A stretch of DNA of 64,000 nucleotides, from assembly GCA_028534125.1 (NCBI GenBank), contig CM052816.1, forward strand, positions 88,662,001 to 88,726,000, written 5' to 3'. The notes below the pieces were generated by a model that saw nothing but the letters and a program-made list of their open reading frames with translations, was not told where the DNA came from and made no database searches. The DNA comes from Lama glama (lineage: Eukaryota). This document shows, piece by piece, positions 1-11,620 of this stretch (position 1 is its first letter; each line of letters opens with the position of its first letter). A program made the translations under genes and the position numbers.

Positions 1-1699
1 CTTGCTTAGAACTCATTTCTGCTTATTGGAAAAAATTTCCTAATGCTCTGTCCTTTGTGGCCCCTTGCTTTCCCTTTGAAAAATGTTTTCTTGTATATTC
101 TCTCTGGCCACATCTGCATGGATATTAAACAGATTGCTTTTCTCAGGAGCACAGCAGTTTTTATTGCCTGCTTCTGCTCCCACTGATTTGGTAGCTAGAG
201 AATTTTTGAAGGCTAAACACGTGATTTTCTTAGTAAAACAATTCCTTAAAAAAAACTCAGTGAGCTTCTGGTACAGTTGTCTCCAGCTATTTCCATGTAC
301 TTGAAACCACGCCCAAGGCTCTTTTGTGGAAATAATTATTTAACCTGCTCTTATGCGCTGGCTTTCTTGTTCAGCTAGTGAGTGTCATTTGCTATCATTT
401 TAATGACAGCTCTATTGAAGACATAAAAGCCTGTGAAACAGTAGGCTTGTTTGGAGAGCAACAGCCTTAATCTGATCATTGGCACAGATCATCTGTAGAT
501 GCATTTGTTGTGCTCAGAATTCTTAATGGGCACTGTTTAGAAAGACTTTCAGCAGCAGGGTTATCCCCTGCTGTTAGGATGATAAAACAATTGGCTTTTC
601 CAACCGTATCAGATCCCTCTTTTCTGAACTCCTTCTCTTCCTTTCAATCTATGCTTGAAAATTGTCTAGTTCTTGCTTGAGCTCATTCATTCTTGAAATA
701 AGCTAGCTAAATGTAGCAATCAACATCTAACACATGGTAACATTCTGGCTCTTTCCAACAGCTTCTCTTAGAACTTCAGACTCCTTACTTAGGCAATCGC
801 TGTGCTCTTCCATTTGCCAGAGGTGACATATTAAATAAATGCACTACCTCCACCCTAACTGCAATGTCAGTTCCCACAGTTTTTTAGGTTTTTGAGGCAG
901 GCAGCAAGCCTTCCAAAACACAATTCTTTGTTGGCTAGAGTAAAAGGTAAGTTGCAAAAGAAATAAACCTCACCATTTCTGTGTCTGAACACAAATGTGT
1001 GCCCCCTTTACATCATGGGTCCAGGAATTCTATGCTCCATGAAGTCCAGGTACCCAACAAATTGAATTTGTTATCCACACCACATAGTTACAAATGTTCT
1101 GGTCATCACCATTTCCATTTGGGAGCAAGAAGAATGAGTCATGGGCAGTTGTATTTAAGAAGATGTATTTGATGTGGTGCCCAGTTAGTAAGAACGTAGG
1201 CCCTTGGCGTACCAAGCCACAAGGGAGGCTGAGAAGTGCAGTGTCATGCTTGATGGCCGTGAACCTAAACCATGAACATAAACGACCTGAATGAGAGCCA
1301 GTAGGCTGCTAGTGGTGTAAATTTTGTATTTAATATTTGCTACTGAGCTATCACATTATCTGAGAACATTTAATAGGAGGTTCTTGGAAAGGGCACTAAA
1401 TAATTGTTTCTTTTGTTATTCATAATATAGGAACAGTTGATTTTTCCAACATTATAAGACCTCAAATTACTGAAAACTTAGGCAATTTAGATTACAGACT
1501 ATAGACAGAGCTTTTGTTAACAGAGCAATATTTCTTTCCATCTCTGCAAACTATTTCCAAACAATATTATAATCCTTTTATACACTTTTACTAGAGGAAC
1601 TGAGGAGCATCCAAAACACACCAATAGTATATATTAAAGGCACTTTCCCTAAAGCTATATGTTTTTGCCAAATGGCCTACTTATCAAATGTTTTTACAA

Positions 1700-2117
1700 T
1701 GACAGAAAATGCTCAGTGTCTTTCTAGCCTGCAGTATCTCCCATACTGGGAGTGGCCAGATAATACAACTCTGTCCAACAAAAAGTAAGTAGAAATCTCC
1801 TAGTTTTGCTTTTTGATGAAAACAGCTTGACTCACAAAACCATTTTGTCCCATTCATAGCTTTTCCACCCGGAATAAAGTCGTGATCTAATGGGTAAAAA
1901 CCAGCCTCATGGCAATCATTAGGCAGTGTGGGTGAGGATGAAAGTCAACCTGCTGAGAATCAAAGAGTGGAAAGACAGAAACAGGGCCCAAGATATGATC
2001 ACTGAGACTCTACACCAAGTATGCGTTCTGTCCCCTGGGATTTTCTTGCTACTCAAGGTAACTCTCTTTTAGTTTAACTGCTGTTATTTTCGTAGATCAC
2101 ATTCCTTCCTAATGGCA
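1700..2117 (+). mobile_element. Old MaLR LTR (MLT1I/J-like), degraded
   Basis: Resembles recalled MLT1I/J layout: GGGAGTGGCC..ATACAACTCTGTCCAAC..AAGTAAGTAGAAATCT, GAGGATGAAAGTCAAC..GAGTGGAAAGACAGAAA, 3' end CACATTCCTTCCTAAT. Boundaries approximate. Confidence 0.6.
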
Positions 2118-2178
2118 TGTGACTATAGTGTGTTATAAAGTTTCCACCACTGGTGAACATCAGAGTATGCCTGTCACC

Positions 2179-2646
2179 TGTGATTTTCACCTCAGTTAAC
2201 CATGTGTCCTGGCATTTGTGCTTTGTTTAGTTCCTCCTTGCTGAATGTGGGCTGCTCCTGAGACTTGTGTTAACCTGTAGAATGTGATGGAAATGACATT
2301 TGCCGATTCCTGTCCTAATCCTTAAGAAGGCCTGGCAGCTTCTGTGTTTGTGCTTTTGGGGAATGAGAAGCATCATGCAAAAGGTCCTCCATCCCTGATG
2401 GAAGAGCCCCAGGGAGCAGTCACTTAGGGCACTCATGTGGAAAGGGAGACAACCTGAGATTACATGGAAAGAGAAAGCCTAATTCCTGTCACTGGCAAGA
2501 GAAGTGCAGACATACACGTACCCACTGGCAAAACAAGAACTTCCCAGATGAGCCCAGTCAGTATTGCACAGTTGTGAAAAATTACAAAATGGGCATTAAG
2601 TCACCAAATTTTTGTATGGCGTGTTGCATTATAAGACATAATCACA
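2179..2646 (+). mobile_element. MaLR 5' LTR (MLT1F/G/H-like)
   Basis: TGAATGTGGGCTGCTCCTGAGACTTG..AGAATGTG..GGAAATGAC..CCTTAAGAAGGCCTGGCAGCTTC and 3' CCCAGATGAGCCCAGTC..TTAAGTCACCAAATTTTTG match recalled MLT1F-H motifs. Followed directly by an MLT-int start. Confidence 0.75.
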
Positions 2647-4017
2647 ATAGAAATTGGTACCTGATGGGGAGATGCTTCTGTAACAAAAACCTAAAATTAA
2701 GTGGCACTGGTTTTGAAACTGGATAGTAGGCAAGGATCTGAAAGGCCTTCTGGAAATTGCTGATAAATTCTGAAAGGTCAGTGAGAAAATTTCCATCATA
2801 AACGTTAATTAAGTGGATCCTAGTTAAGTACAGAATAATTAGCAAACCTGTTGCCTGTATTTATGTGGAAGATAGAAAGTCCTCTTACTGAACTATGTGG
2901 CTATGACTATAAAATTTCCAGACCGAATGTTGAAAGTGCCAGTTGGCTTCTGTTAGCTGCCAAGAGTAAAATACTAAAGGGGTGAGATGAGCTACAGAAG
3001 TTGGTCATTTTAAAGTATAATTTAGAGGAAATAAGAAAAGAACCCAGGGGTTACTGGGTTCAAAAGTAAACTGTTTCTAATTCACAGTTTCTCTTGGCAA
3101 CAGTCTCAAAGTAAGAAATGTTATCAAGACAAATGTTAAATGCAGGGCCCTGCCATTAAAAGTAGCTTTAAGTCAGGGTGTGATTCTAAGAGTCTTGGTT
3201 AATACTCAGAAAATGTCAAATGGATGCCTCACTCTCAATGAGAAAAAAATGGACTTGTGAAAATCCTAAAGTTTTTCCTCCTATGCAATTTCTGCTAGAT
3301 AATAGTTGTTCTAAGATTCCTGATGGCATTTTACCATAGCACCCTAATTCTCAGTCCAAAGTAGAAGGACATGCCTTGGAAAGATTTTGTGTGGCGTTGC
3401 CTTTGTGTAGTGGAAAGGTTTGTTATTTGAAACCTAAGAGATACACAATTTTGCAAAAGAATCATAGAAGCTTAAGGGGGAAAAAAAGTAGTAACAAAAC
3501 CCCCAAATTAAAAGAGTCTTCAATATCCCCAAATTTCTCAGGCAAGAAATAGGCTGAAAAAGACATTAGATAAAAAACAGGAACATTTCTTACAGAAAAG
3601 GAATGGTGACTCAGAGAGTGCTCAAGAAACATGGAACAGAATTGGACCCTAATCAAGAAATTGGCAACATATTCCAGATTGGATTTCAGAATTATGAACC
3701 ACCAATTCCTGCTCCATGCCTCATTTCTTATCTTTGTGGAAGTGTTTTTGTTTTCATGTACTATTTTCAACATTGCATACTGTGTGTGAGCGTGTGTGCA
3801 AGTTAACTTATCTACTTGTTTTAAAGGACTTCAGATTAAGTACTCCAACTGCTGAGGACCCTATGCACAGGTGGACTTGATGCTGTTCCACATCTCAAGC
3901 CTGACTTCCTGACTCTGTGATGGAAAGAGACACCTGGTGCTCTGGGGTAGGGTAGGGACAATGAGTGTATTTTAAACAGAGGAGAAATGTGAATCATTAA
4001 GAGCCAGATGACACACC
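2647..4017 (+). mobile_element. MaLR internal region (MLT1-int), non-coding remnant
   Basis: Begins with typical MLT-int 5' sequence GAAATTGGTACC..GCTTCTGTAACAAAAACCTAAAA..GTGGCACTGGTTTTGAAACTGG. Ends with typical 3' sequence GGACTTCAGATT..TGGACTTGATGCTG..GTGTATTTT..GAGAAATGTGAATCATT..GCCAGA. Confidence 0.75.
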
Positions 4018-4400
4018 ACGATTATCTGCTGAATGATGGCTCCAAATGAACTGTGCTTTCAGGCGTTCTTGTATCATCTGCTCTTTTTGAGTCTGGGAAG
4101 GGCCTGGGGGTTACTTTTAGGAGTAGGAAGTGACAAAATGATACCAAGCCAAAACTCTTCGAAGGCTTAGAAAATACTGCATATGGGCTGTCAGAAAATC
4201 TCAGTGACCACATAAGCGTTTTTCCCAGCAGGCTGAAGAGATAAAGTGGTTGGGTCAGTGGACTGAGAGAGAGAAAATGAGAGAAAGGTCATCCCAGTGA
4301 GTTTCTAGCTGGACCTCCAGCTTTTAAGATCTGTAAATCCTTTCAGGTAAGCAATAGCATAGATTGCAGCATTTGTGAAATAAGCCATTTTTTATAATAA
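4018..4400 (+). mobile_element. MaLR 3' LTR (degraded)
   Basis: GATGGCTCCAAATGAA..TTGAGTCTGGG..GGCCTG..GGAAGTGAC directly after the internal region. 3' boundary uncertain. Confidence 0.6.
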
Positions 4401-4489
4401 TCATAATATAAAAATAATAAATCATGTTTTCAGCCATTAAATTTGATTTAATTCATAATGCAGCAGTAGATAACCATGATATATTGTCC

Positions 4490-4770
4490 CTTTGATCCTT
4501 TTTTTTTTTCTGGAGCCTGGACTTGATACCATTTGGTACAGCAGCTTTATGGTAAGTAGGAAGCAGCATGAATGAGAGTAAAAGTCAATGTGATGGGAGT
4601 TAGAAGAGGAAAAGGCAGAGAGAACTTGGTTCTGTGATGTTATTATCATGGAGACCCTACCCCAGTTATCTGCTGTCTTTCTCTGCATTCTCTTGTTATT
4701 AAAGAGAAACTTCTTTTCCTTGAAGCCACATCAAGTCAATCTGTAGTAGATCACATTCCTCCCTAATAAA
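4490..4770 (+). mobile_element. Partial MLT1I/J-like LTR, paralogous to 1700-2117
   Basis: GAGAGTAAAAGTCAA..GAGGAAAAGGCAGAGAGAACTTGGTTC..TTGAAGCCAC. Ends with GTAGATCACATTCCTCCCTAAT, 21/22 identical to 2092-2113. Confidence 0.6.
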
Positions 4771-6489
4771 ATATGCCTATGCTATGTTATGTTTAAAGTC
4801 CTTGCTATAAGTAAACATCATTATATACCTGTGAATATAAGTTGGTTAACCTATTTCAAAAAGTTAGATTCCAGGAACAGGTACAAACAGCAATCATAGC
4901 ATTCATTGGGTTAATGAGTGTATCTTTTGAAACATCCAGTAGAACAAACGAGTTTGGAAACGCCTTTTGGTCTCTGGGCAGATTTGGTGAACGAGCATAT
5001 CAAAATATTATGTTAGGACCTATAAGGGACTATTAGGAGCTTATGGGACTAGTCATTCTTCTTTTCTGCAAATGGAAATTAAGCAAGAAGAATATTGTTT
5101 CTCCCTTTGTTTCATTTATTTTTAACCTTCTTTTGACACTCGACTGCATTTACCAGCCATGTATATCTGAGAGGAATTTTAAAAGTTAATGAAGCAGTAC
5201 CGAGAGTTCTAGCTAAATGTGAAAAGAATTAAAATATTACATATTACCCAGGGAAGAATAAAAATGAATTCTCAAAAATCTAGTATTTTTCCACATTACA
5301 GCTTTGCTTAGTAGCAGAAAATAAAATATTGGGAGCAAACATTCAGTTTCAAAAATCTGGGAAATTGGAACACAACCTGCAGAGCGCTGGTTTGTTATAC
5401 AGGTACTATGTATGGGTGGAGATAATTTATGTTTTTAATTATAAAATATTTTGCTTGTAGGTAGATTTGATAAAGTTTGTGAAGTGTAGAACAATTTCTT
5501 AAAATCAGAATGCCCAAATCAAGAAGACAGTTAACATTCACCAGCATCTGAGAAAAATGTCATCTCAATAGTCACATTCACGAAAGGAATTTCTTTTGAT
5601 TACGCTTTGTCATTGAAAATTGAAAATTTTCATTGAAAAATTGCACACTTTTTTTCTGTGTCATTCTAAATTCTTTAGAGAGTAAATAAGAAAAGTGAAT
5701 GGCTCTCTTAGACATTTCTCAATCATTTTTAAGTGGGTCATGGTTTTAAATAGGATGTGTCAAATTGGAATGATGTGAACTGAATTATATCTAAGTTTTC
5801 ACTGTACCATCTGCTTAATGAATTATTTGCAAGGGGTCAGTGTGTCATCAAATACTAATTGCAATTCATCTTTGAAAGACTCTAAATCAACATGTATTTT
5901 TCACTGAAGGAAAGGTAAAAAACTAGCCCTCAAGAAATACTGAAAAAGAGGTAACTGAACAATAGCCATAGGTATTCAATATCTACCTCAAACAAAAAAT
6001 CTAGTTACTAATGTCTGATACATAACGTATTGCTAAATTCAGCTCCTTTTTGATTCAGTTCCATAGCTGGACTTAGACCAAGGATACATAATTAAAATAA
6101 TCAAGCCATTGAAACATCTTTGATTTTTCAAATGTTTCATAACATGTTTTTATATGTATATAGCACCTGTATTTCATATTCACATTATTACAGTGTTAAC
6201 TTCTTTTCTTATTTTGATTAAGATTAGCAATTATTTTTGGTTTTTCATTTTTATTTTACTCTTTATTCATTTGAAATTGCACATTCATTTTAAATGTTCA
6301 GTTTCTTAAAGTTTTTACATGTACATTTCACTGAATAAATTCTGTAACAATAAATCTCTGCTCTCCTTGTGAGCAATATAAAATATTATTTCATGCCTTT
6401 TGAGCCATCTTTATGACATTATGTCCCATATTTTAAGTCCATCTTTTCTAAACCCCAAATATCCTACATTAAATATTTGTTTATTGTTT

Positions 6490-7445
6490 TTCTTTTTTAT
6501 TTTTTGTGTGTGTATTTGTTACAGATTTTTGCTTTGTGATTACTATGAGGTTTTTATGTAACAGCCTGTTTTAAGTTGCTGACTTCTTAAATTCAAGTAA
6601 ATTTCAGATACCCTGCATTTGTACTCTCCTCCCCTCATGATTACTGTTTTTGATATTATATTTTACATCTAATTATTCTTTGTATCCCTTAACTGCTTAT
6701 TGTGGGTACAGGTGATTGTACTACTTTTTGTCTTTCAAGCTCCCTATTAGCTTTGTGTATGCATGATTTCCTGCCTTTTTTTTTTTGTCTTGAACATCCT
6801 TTATTTCAGTAAACATTCATCTACAGCTTTATCTTTAGTGACTGCATTACTTCCAAGGGTGTGACTGTTCTGTCACTTGACCAGTCCTCTGATGTTGAAT
6901 ATCGAGGCTGTTTTCACACCCTTTGCTTTAGATGCATTTCTCCGTGAGATCCTTCCCCAGAGGCCAGTCAGTTGTTCCTCACAAGCCTTTGACTTTGAGG
7001 ACTCATGTGCCAGGACTCACTGGCTCCTCCCTGCCTCTTGATCATCTCCTGTTACATGTTTTATTATTTTGTTACTGTAACAGAATGGTGCTTAAGATGA
7101 GTTCCTACTTTTATTATATGTTCGCTTTTACCAGTGAGCTTTTCCATTTCATAATTTTCTTGTTTCTAGTTGTGGCCTTTTCTTTTCTGCCTAGAGAGGT
7201 TCCTTTGGCATTTGTTGTAAAGCTGGTTTGGTGGTGCTGAATTCTTTCCACTTTTTCTTGTCTGTAAAGGATTTGATTTCTCCATTTCTCCAAATCTGAA
7301 CGAGAGCCTTGCTGAATAGACTACTCTTGGTTGTAGTTTCTTCTCTTTCATCACTTTAAGTGTGTCATGCCACTCCTTTCTAGCTTGCAGAGTTTCAACT
7401 GAAAAAATCAGCTGATAGCCTTATGGGAATTTCCTTGTATGTTAA
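6490..7445 (-). mobile_element. LINE-1 fragment (ORF1 C-terminus and inter-ORF region), interrupted at 6776-7096
   Basis: ORF 7166-7354(-) encodes MKEKKLQPRVVYSARLSFRF, similar to the L1 ORF1p motif KEK..QPRILYPAKLSF. Antisense L1 hallmarks GTTGTAAAGCTGGTTTGGTGGTGCTGAATTC and GAAAAAATCAGCTGATAGCCTTATGGG. Confidence 0.85.
6776..7096 (-). pseudogene. 5'-truncated retrocopy of a polyadenylated 3' end, or orphan L1 transduction; source unidentified
   Basis: T11 at 6776-6786 (poly(A) on minus). TTTATT at 6800-6805 (AATAAA on minus). Flanking direct repeats ATGATTTCCTGCCTTT (6763-6778) and ATGAGTTCCTACTTTT (7097-7112), 13/16 identical, ending at a TTTT/A L1 endonuclease site. Confidence 0.75.
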
Positions 7446-7551
7446 ATATTTTTTTACTGTTGACATTTGTTTAGATTCACTGCCATTTTTACCAGTTTCT
7501 GATACCACAGTAGGAACTATACCTACTTTCTAAAACGTATGATGTAAAAAA

Positions 7552-7598
7552 ACACACACAACAGACACACACACGCACACACGCACACACACATGCAC
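7552..7598. repeat. Imperfect (CA)n microsatellite
   Basis: Directly visible. Confidence 0.85.
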
Positions 7599-7879
7599 AA
7601 CTTCACTAAAGGTCTGTTAACGTTAGGCTCTCTGCTCTTGTTTACTTAATAATGTTTTTATTTTTCCCTTGAGTTTGTCTTATAGTTATTTGGGTGTACA
7701 ATTCTAGGCTGAGAATTATTTTCTTCCAGCATTCCTTCTGACTTGTCTAGTTTCTATTTTTGTTGTTGAAGATACTGTTATTTAATTACTATTTCTTGGC
7801 AGAACATCTGAATGAATGTTAGATTTTAAAATATTTTCTTTATATTTGATACTTCATAGTTTTCACCTGAATATGTTTA

Positions 7880-7957
7880 GATTTATTCAACAAATGTTTA
7901 CTGAGTGTTTGCTGAGTGTCTGTCACTCACTATTCTACAACTGTTGGATACAGTAGT
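7880..7957 (-). mobile_element. L2 3'-end fragment
   Basis: ATTTATTCAACAAATGTTTACTGAGTG..GGATACAGTAG is the reverse complement of the L2 tail. Confidence 0.6.
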
Positions 7958-8329
7958 TTTGGAATCATCATGCTGCCTCCATCTGAGGAACGGTATCCTC
8001 CAGCAATTCTGGAAAAATCTCAGCTGATATTCTTTAAGTAATTATTCCCTCTTTCACACGCAATGGCTTCCTTAGACTGTATGTTGGGTATGTGTTAGAC
8101 ATGCTCAGTCGGCCTACATATCTCTCAAACTCTTTCATATTCTCCCATCCTTGCCTCTCTTGTGGTAATCCTTGAATATATCTTTTTGCTGCCATGAATT
8201 TTCTCTAAGGCTGAACCTAAAGTGTTATTTTATGATATTAACTTTGAATATTTATTTTTTCATACAGTTATTTAGAACAGTAAATTTCAATCAGAGGACT
8301 GCTTTAGTTACATTATATAAATTTTAAAT

Positions 8330-9645
8330 AACTTTTTTTATTTTTATTCATCTTAAAATATTTTCAGATTCCCCTTGTAATTTCTTATGTGATTTGCTGG
8401 CATTTAAGAGTATGCTAGTTAATTTCTGTATATTTGTAAATTCCTTCCTGATAATGATTTCTAATTTTATAGAAGTTGGAGAATGTACTTTGTATAATTT
8501 CAATGCTTTTGGTTTTATTGAGGCTTTTTTAAAAACCTAGCATATAGTCTATCATGGAGAGTGTTTCATGTGTATCGAAAAGAATATGTATTCTGCTTTT
8601 GCTGAGTAGTGTTCTACAGATGTCTGTTTGATTTAGTTGGTTTATAATGTTGTGTCAGTCTTCTATTTCCTTGTTGATCTGCCTAGTTGTTCCATCCTTA
8701 TGGTAAGAAGAATATTAACAACTCAAACTACAGTTGTGGAATTGTCTGTTTTTCCTTCAATTCTGTCAGTTTTTTCCTAATGTATTTTGGGATTTTGTTG
8801 TTAAATGCTTGTATATTTAAATTTTTTGTATATTCCTGAATAACTCTTAAACATCATATACTGTGCCTCTTTGTCTCTAGTAACATTGTTTTAAAGTTTA
8901 TTTTTTCTGATATTAATAAAGCCACTGCAGCTCTCATAATTGCTTTTCACATAGCCTTTTTCCAGTATTTTGCTTTCAATATATTCTTATATGTGAATCT
9001 AGGGTCTCCCTTGCAAACAGTGTATTGTTAGATCTTGATTTCCTTTATCAAATCTCATGATCTTTGACTTTTGATTGTTTTATACAGTCCATTCACATTT
9101 AATGTTATCATTGGTATAGCTGGATTTGTATTCACCATTTTTCTTTTTGCTTCTATACATCCCATGTCATTTTGAACTTTTGCTTCTTTTTTTTTTTTAC
9201 TGTCTTCTTTTTTATTAAACATTCTAGTGCAGTATTTTAATTTCTTTAGTGATGTCTATATTGTTTAGTTATATTTTAGTGGTTGTTCTGTGGCTTAAAA
9301 GTTACTATTAACACTGTCTATCAATAACTGCTTCACATTTGTACTGACTTGGATGCAGTGAAATACAGAAACTTTACTTCTATATAGATCTACCCTCCCC
9401 ACTTTGTGTGCTATTATTATCATACCTATTAGGTCTACGTATGTTACAAACCCCCCGACACATTGTCACAATTACCACTTTGTATAATCTTATGCCTTTT
9501 ACAGAAGCTTAACAGGAAAGGAGAGCCATCTATATATAAACATACGTTTGTAGAGTTTATTATATTAACCCTCTTCTTTGCCATTTCTGTTTCTCTTCAC
9601 GCTTCATGTGGACTGTAGTTAGCTGATTTCTTTACTTCAGTACAG
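8330..9645 (-). mobile_element. Old LINE-1 (L1M-type): ORF2 endonuclease and inter-ORF region
   Basis: Antisense L1 motifs CCTAGCATATAGTCTATCATGGAGA, AAGAATATGTATTCTGCT, TCTGATATTAATAAAGCCACTGCAGCT, CCATTCACATTTAATGTTAT. Confidence 0.85.
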
Positions 9646-10060
9646 TTTTTTTGGTAATAATTGCATTTATTTTTATTTTTGGTAAATCTAGTTTGCTTTT
9701 AATTCCCCAAACACAATTTTACAAATAATGGACACTGTAAATGTTTGGAAGAACAAATTGGCAGAATTGGGGCCATTAGTAGCCATTTTTAGCAACACAG
9801 CTCTTTTAGGGGGGTGGGATGGAGGTTCACAGAAAACATTGAAGTTACCTACTATATTTTCCCATCAGTTATATCCCCATAGCTGCTATGGAAATAGATT
9901 TTTTTGCTAAATGAAGAAAGGTGCTGTGAGTGTGGTGGAGGTAGGTGTAGTGAGGGCTGCTCTGACGACCACCCCAGGTCAAAAAGAAACAGATCGCTTG
10001 CCCTGTTGTCTCTGGCATTTATTTCCAGCGTCAGCTTCTCGTAACAGCATCCCTGAATGA
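9646..10060 (-). pseudogene. Candidate retrocopied mRNA 3'UTR inside an L1; source unidentified
   Basis: T7 at 9646-9652, then tandem TTTATT at 9666-9671 and 9672-9677 (AATAAA x2 on minus). The sequence is not L1-like and interrupts L1-like flanks. No TSD found; right boundary approximate. Confidence 0.45.
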
Positions 10061-10069
10061 TGTTGTTGT

Positions 10070-11620
10070 TGTTGTTTATTTGGTTATTCTTTCTTTTTTT
10101 TAGTGACTTGGTTGAACTGTCTCCCTGAAGCTTGTTTCCCTTGCTTTATGCTGCCTGTGATGTTCCCATTCAGGTGATCTTTTTTCTTGTTTTTATCTCT
10201 TAAACTGGCTACTTAGGGAGTCACCCCTGGGTTGGCATACGCCTCTTATTGGACACACGCTGTGCTAAATCCCCTTTAGCCAGTTACATTTTTATTCTTT
10301 GCTGGTTATTTTTGTGACTTAGAGGCTGCCACAGGGAGTTTATATTTCCGATTCGTGTTCAGACAATGACTAGAAGCTTGGAGGTTTGCTCTCTGATCAC
10401 CCCTGAGAAGGTGAATCCTTGAGCATGCACAGTTGTACTGACTGCCGGGCCTGTGTGCAGTTTTATTTTTGTCTGGCTTCCTAAGGGTTGCTCCTGAGTA
10501 AGAGAAGTTCATGCTTCAGCCCGTTTTCATTAGAGCCTGTGCTTAAGTGCTTGTGCCGGTGAGGCTTGTTGCCTGCATCGTGGAATCTCTGTTACCTGGG
10601 AAGTGCTTCTGAACTACCTCATGTCCTCTCTGCTGCTCAGCAGGTCAGCTCGTCCCATGCTGAATGGGTTTTCCCAACCCCAGGGATCAGAGGCTCCTTT
10701 GATCCCAGGATTATTTTTCTCGGCTGGCTTGGTTTTCTGTTAAATTTCTGCTTGTTCTGTTATTTCACTTGTTGCCACTGGTTTCATGAAGCTACCAGGA
10801 TCCTCATACTTGTTCTCCACCAAGCTCTCCATGCTTTTTAACAGTCTTCAAGCATACCATGTTTCATTCTCTATTCCAAACAAAGTCCCCTCTGGCAGAA
10901 CAGTGGATACCTTTGTAGCACTGACTTGCCTCTCCCCCTGGAAATAAACTCTGCACCAAAACAAAGGAGCTGAGAGTGTAGGCAGCAGCTTACTTCTCCC
11001 CAAGAGACACCCCTGCTCAGTGAGCTGGCACTGTTTGGAGTGGAGAAGGGTAAACCCTCATCTCCTTAGTTTCCCCTCCTCAGTGTCAAATCTCTTCCCT
11101 GTTCGTGAGCTGGGGTGGGGCCCATCAGGATTCCATGCTGGGGGGTGGAGCTTCTCCTCTGCTCATATGGGCTGAGTGGGAAAGGGAGCCTTGGTCTTTA
11201 GTTCACCTGGGATAAATTTTCTGCAACAAAGGGTTGGAGTTGACGGGTGGCATTAGATGGAGTTAAGAAATGCCAGCAGTCTGTCACTCCGAGAGTAAAA
11301 CTCTAGTCTTAGGCTGGAAACTAGAGGAAGAGTGTCCCCTTCTTTACCATTCCCACCCAGATACTCCTCCAGCAGAGCATCTGGAGGAGAGGCTGGATAG
11401 CACGGGAAGTGGAGAGGAAGCAGGTTGCAGCTGACTGGCTGTACTTACGTAGATTTAGTAGATTTTCTTAAATGAATGTTTCTCCATATGCCACGTGCCC
11501 TTAGGTCAAATTTGCGGAAGTTAAATCATTGTTTTGTGTGTGTGTACTTTTTTTAACCCTCTTAAATAGTTGTTTTACTGGAGAGAAGGTCTGCTAGGCT
11601 CCTTGCTCTGTTATTTAAAT
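10070..11620 (-). mobile_element. 5' region of an old LINE-1 (L1MC/L1M4-like)
   Basis: TAGTGACTTGGTTGAACT.., TTTAGTAGATTTTCTTAAATGAATGTTTCTCCAT..TGCCCTTAGGTCAA, GGAGAGAAGGTCTGCTAGGCTCCTTGCTCTG resemble recalled L1M 5'-end consensus. Confidence 0.6.
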
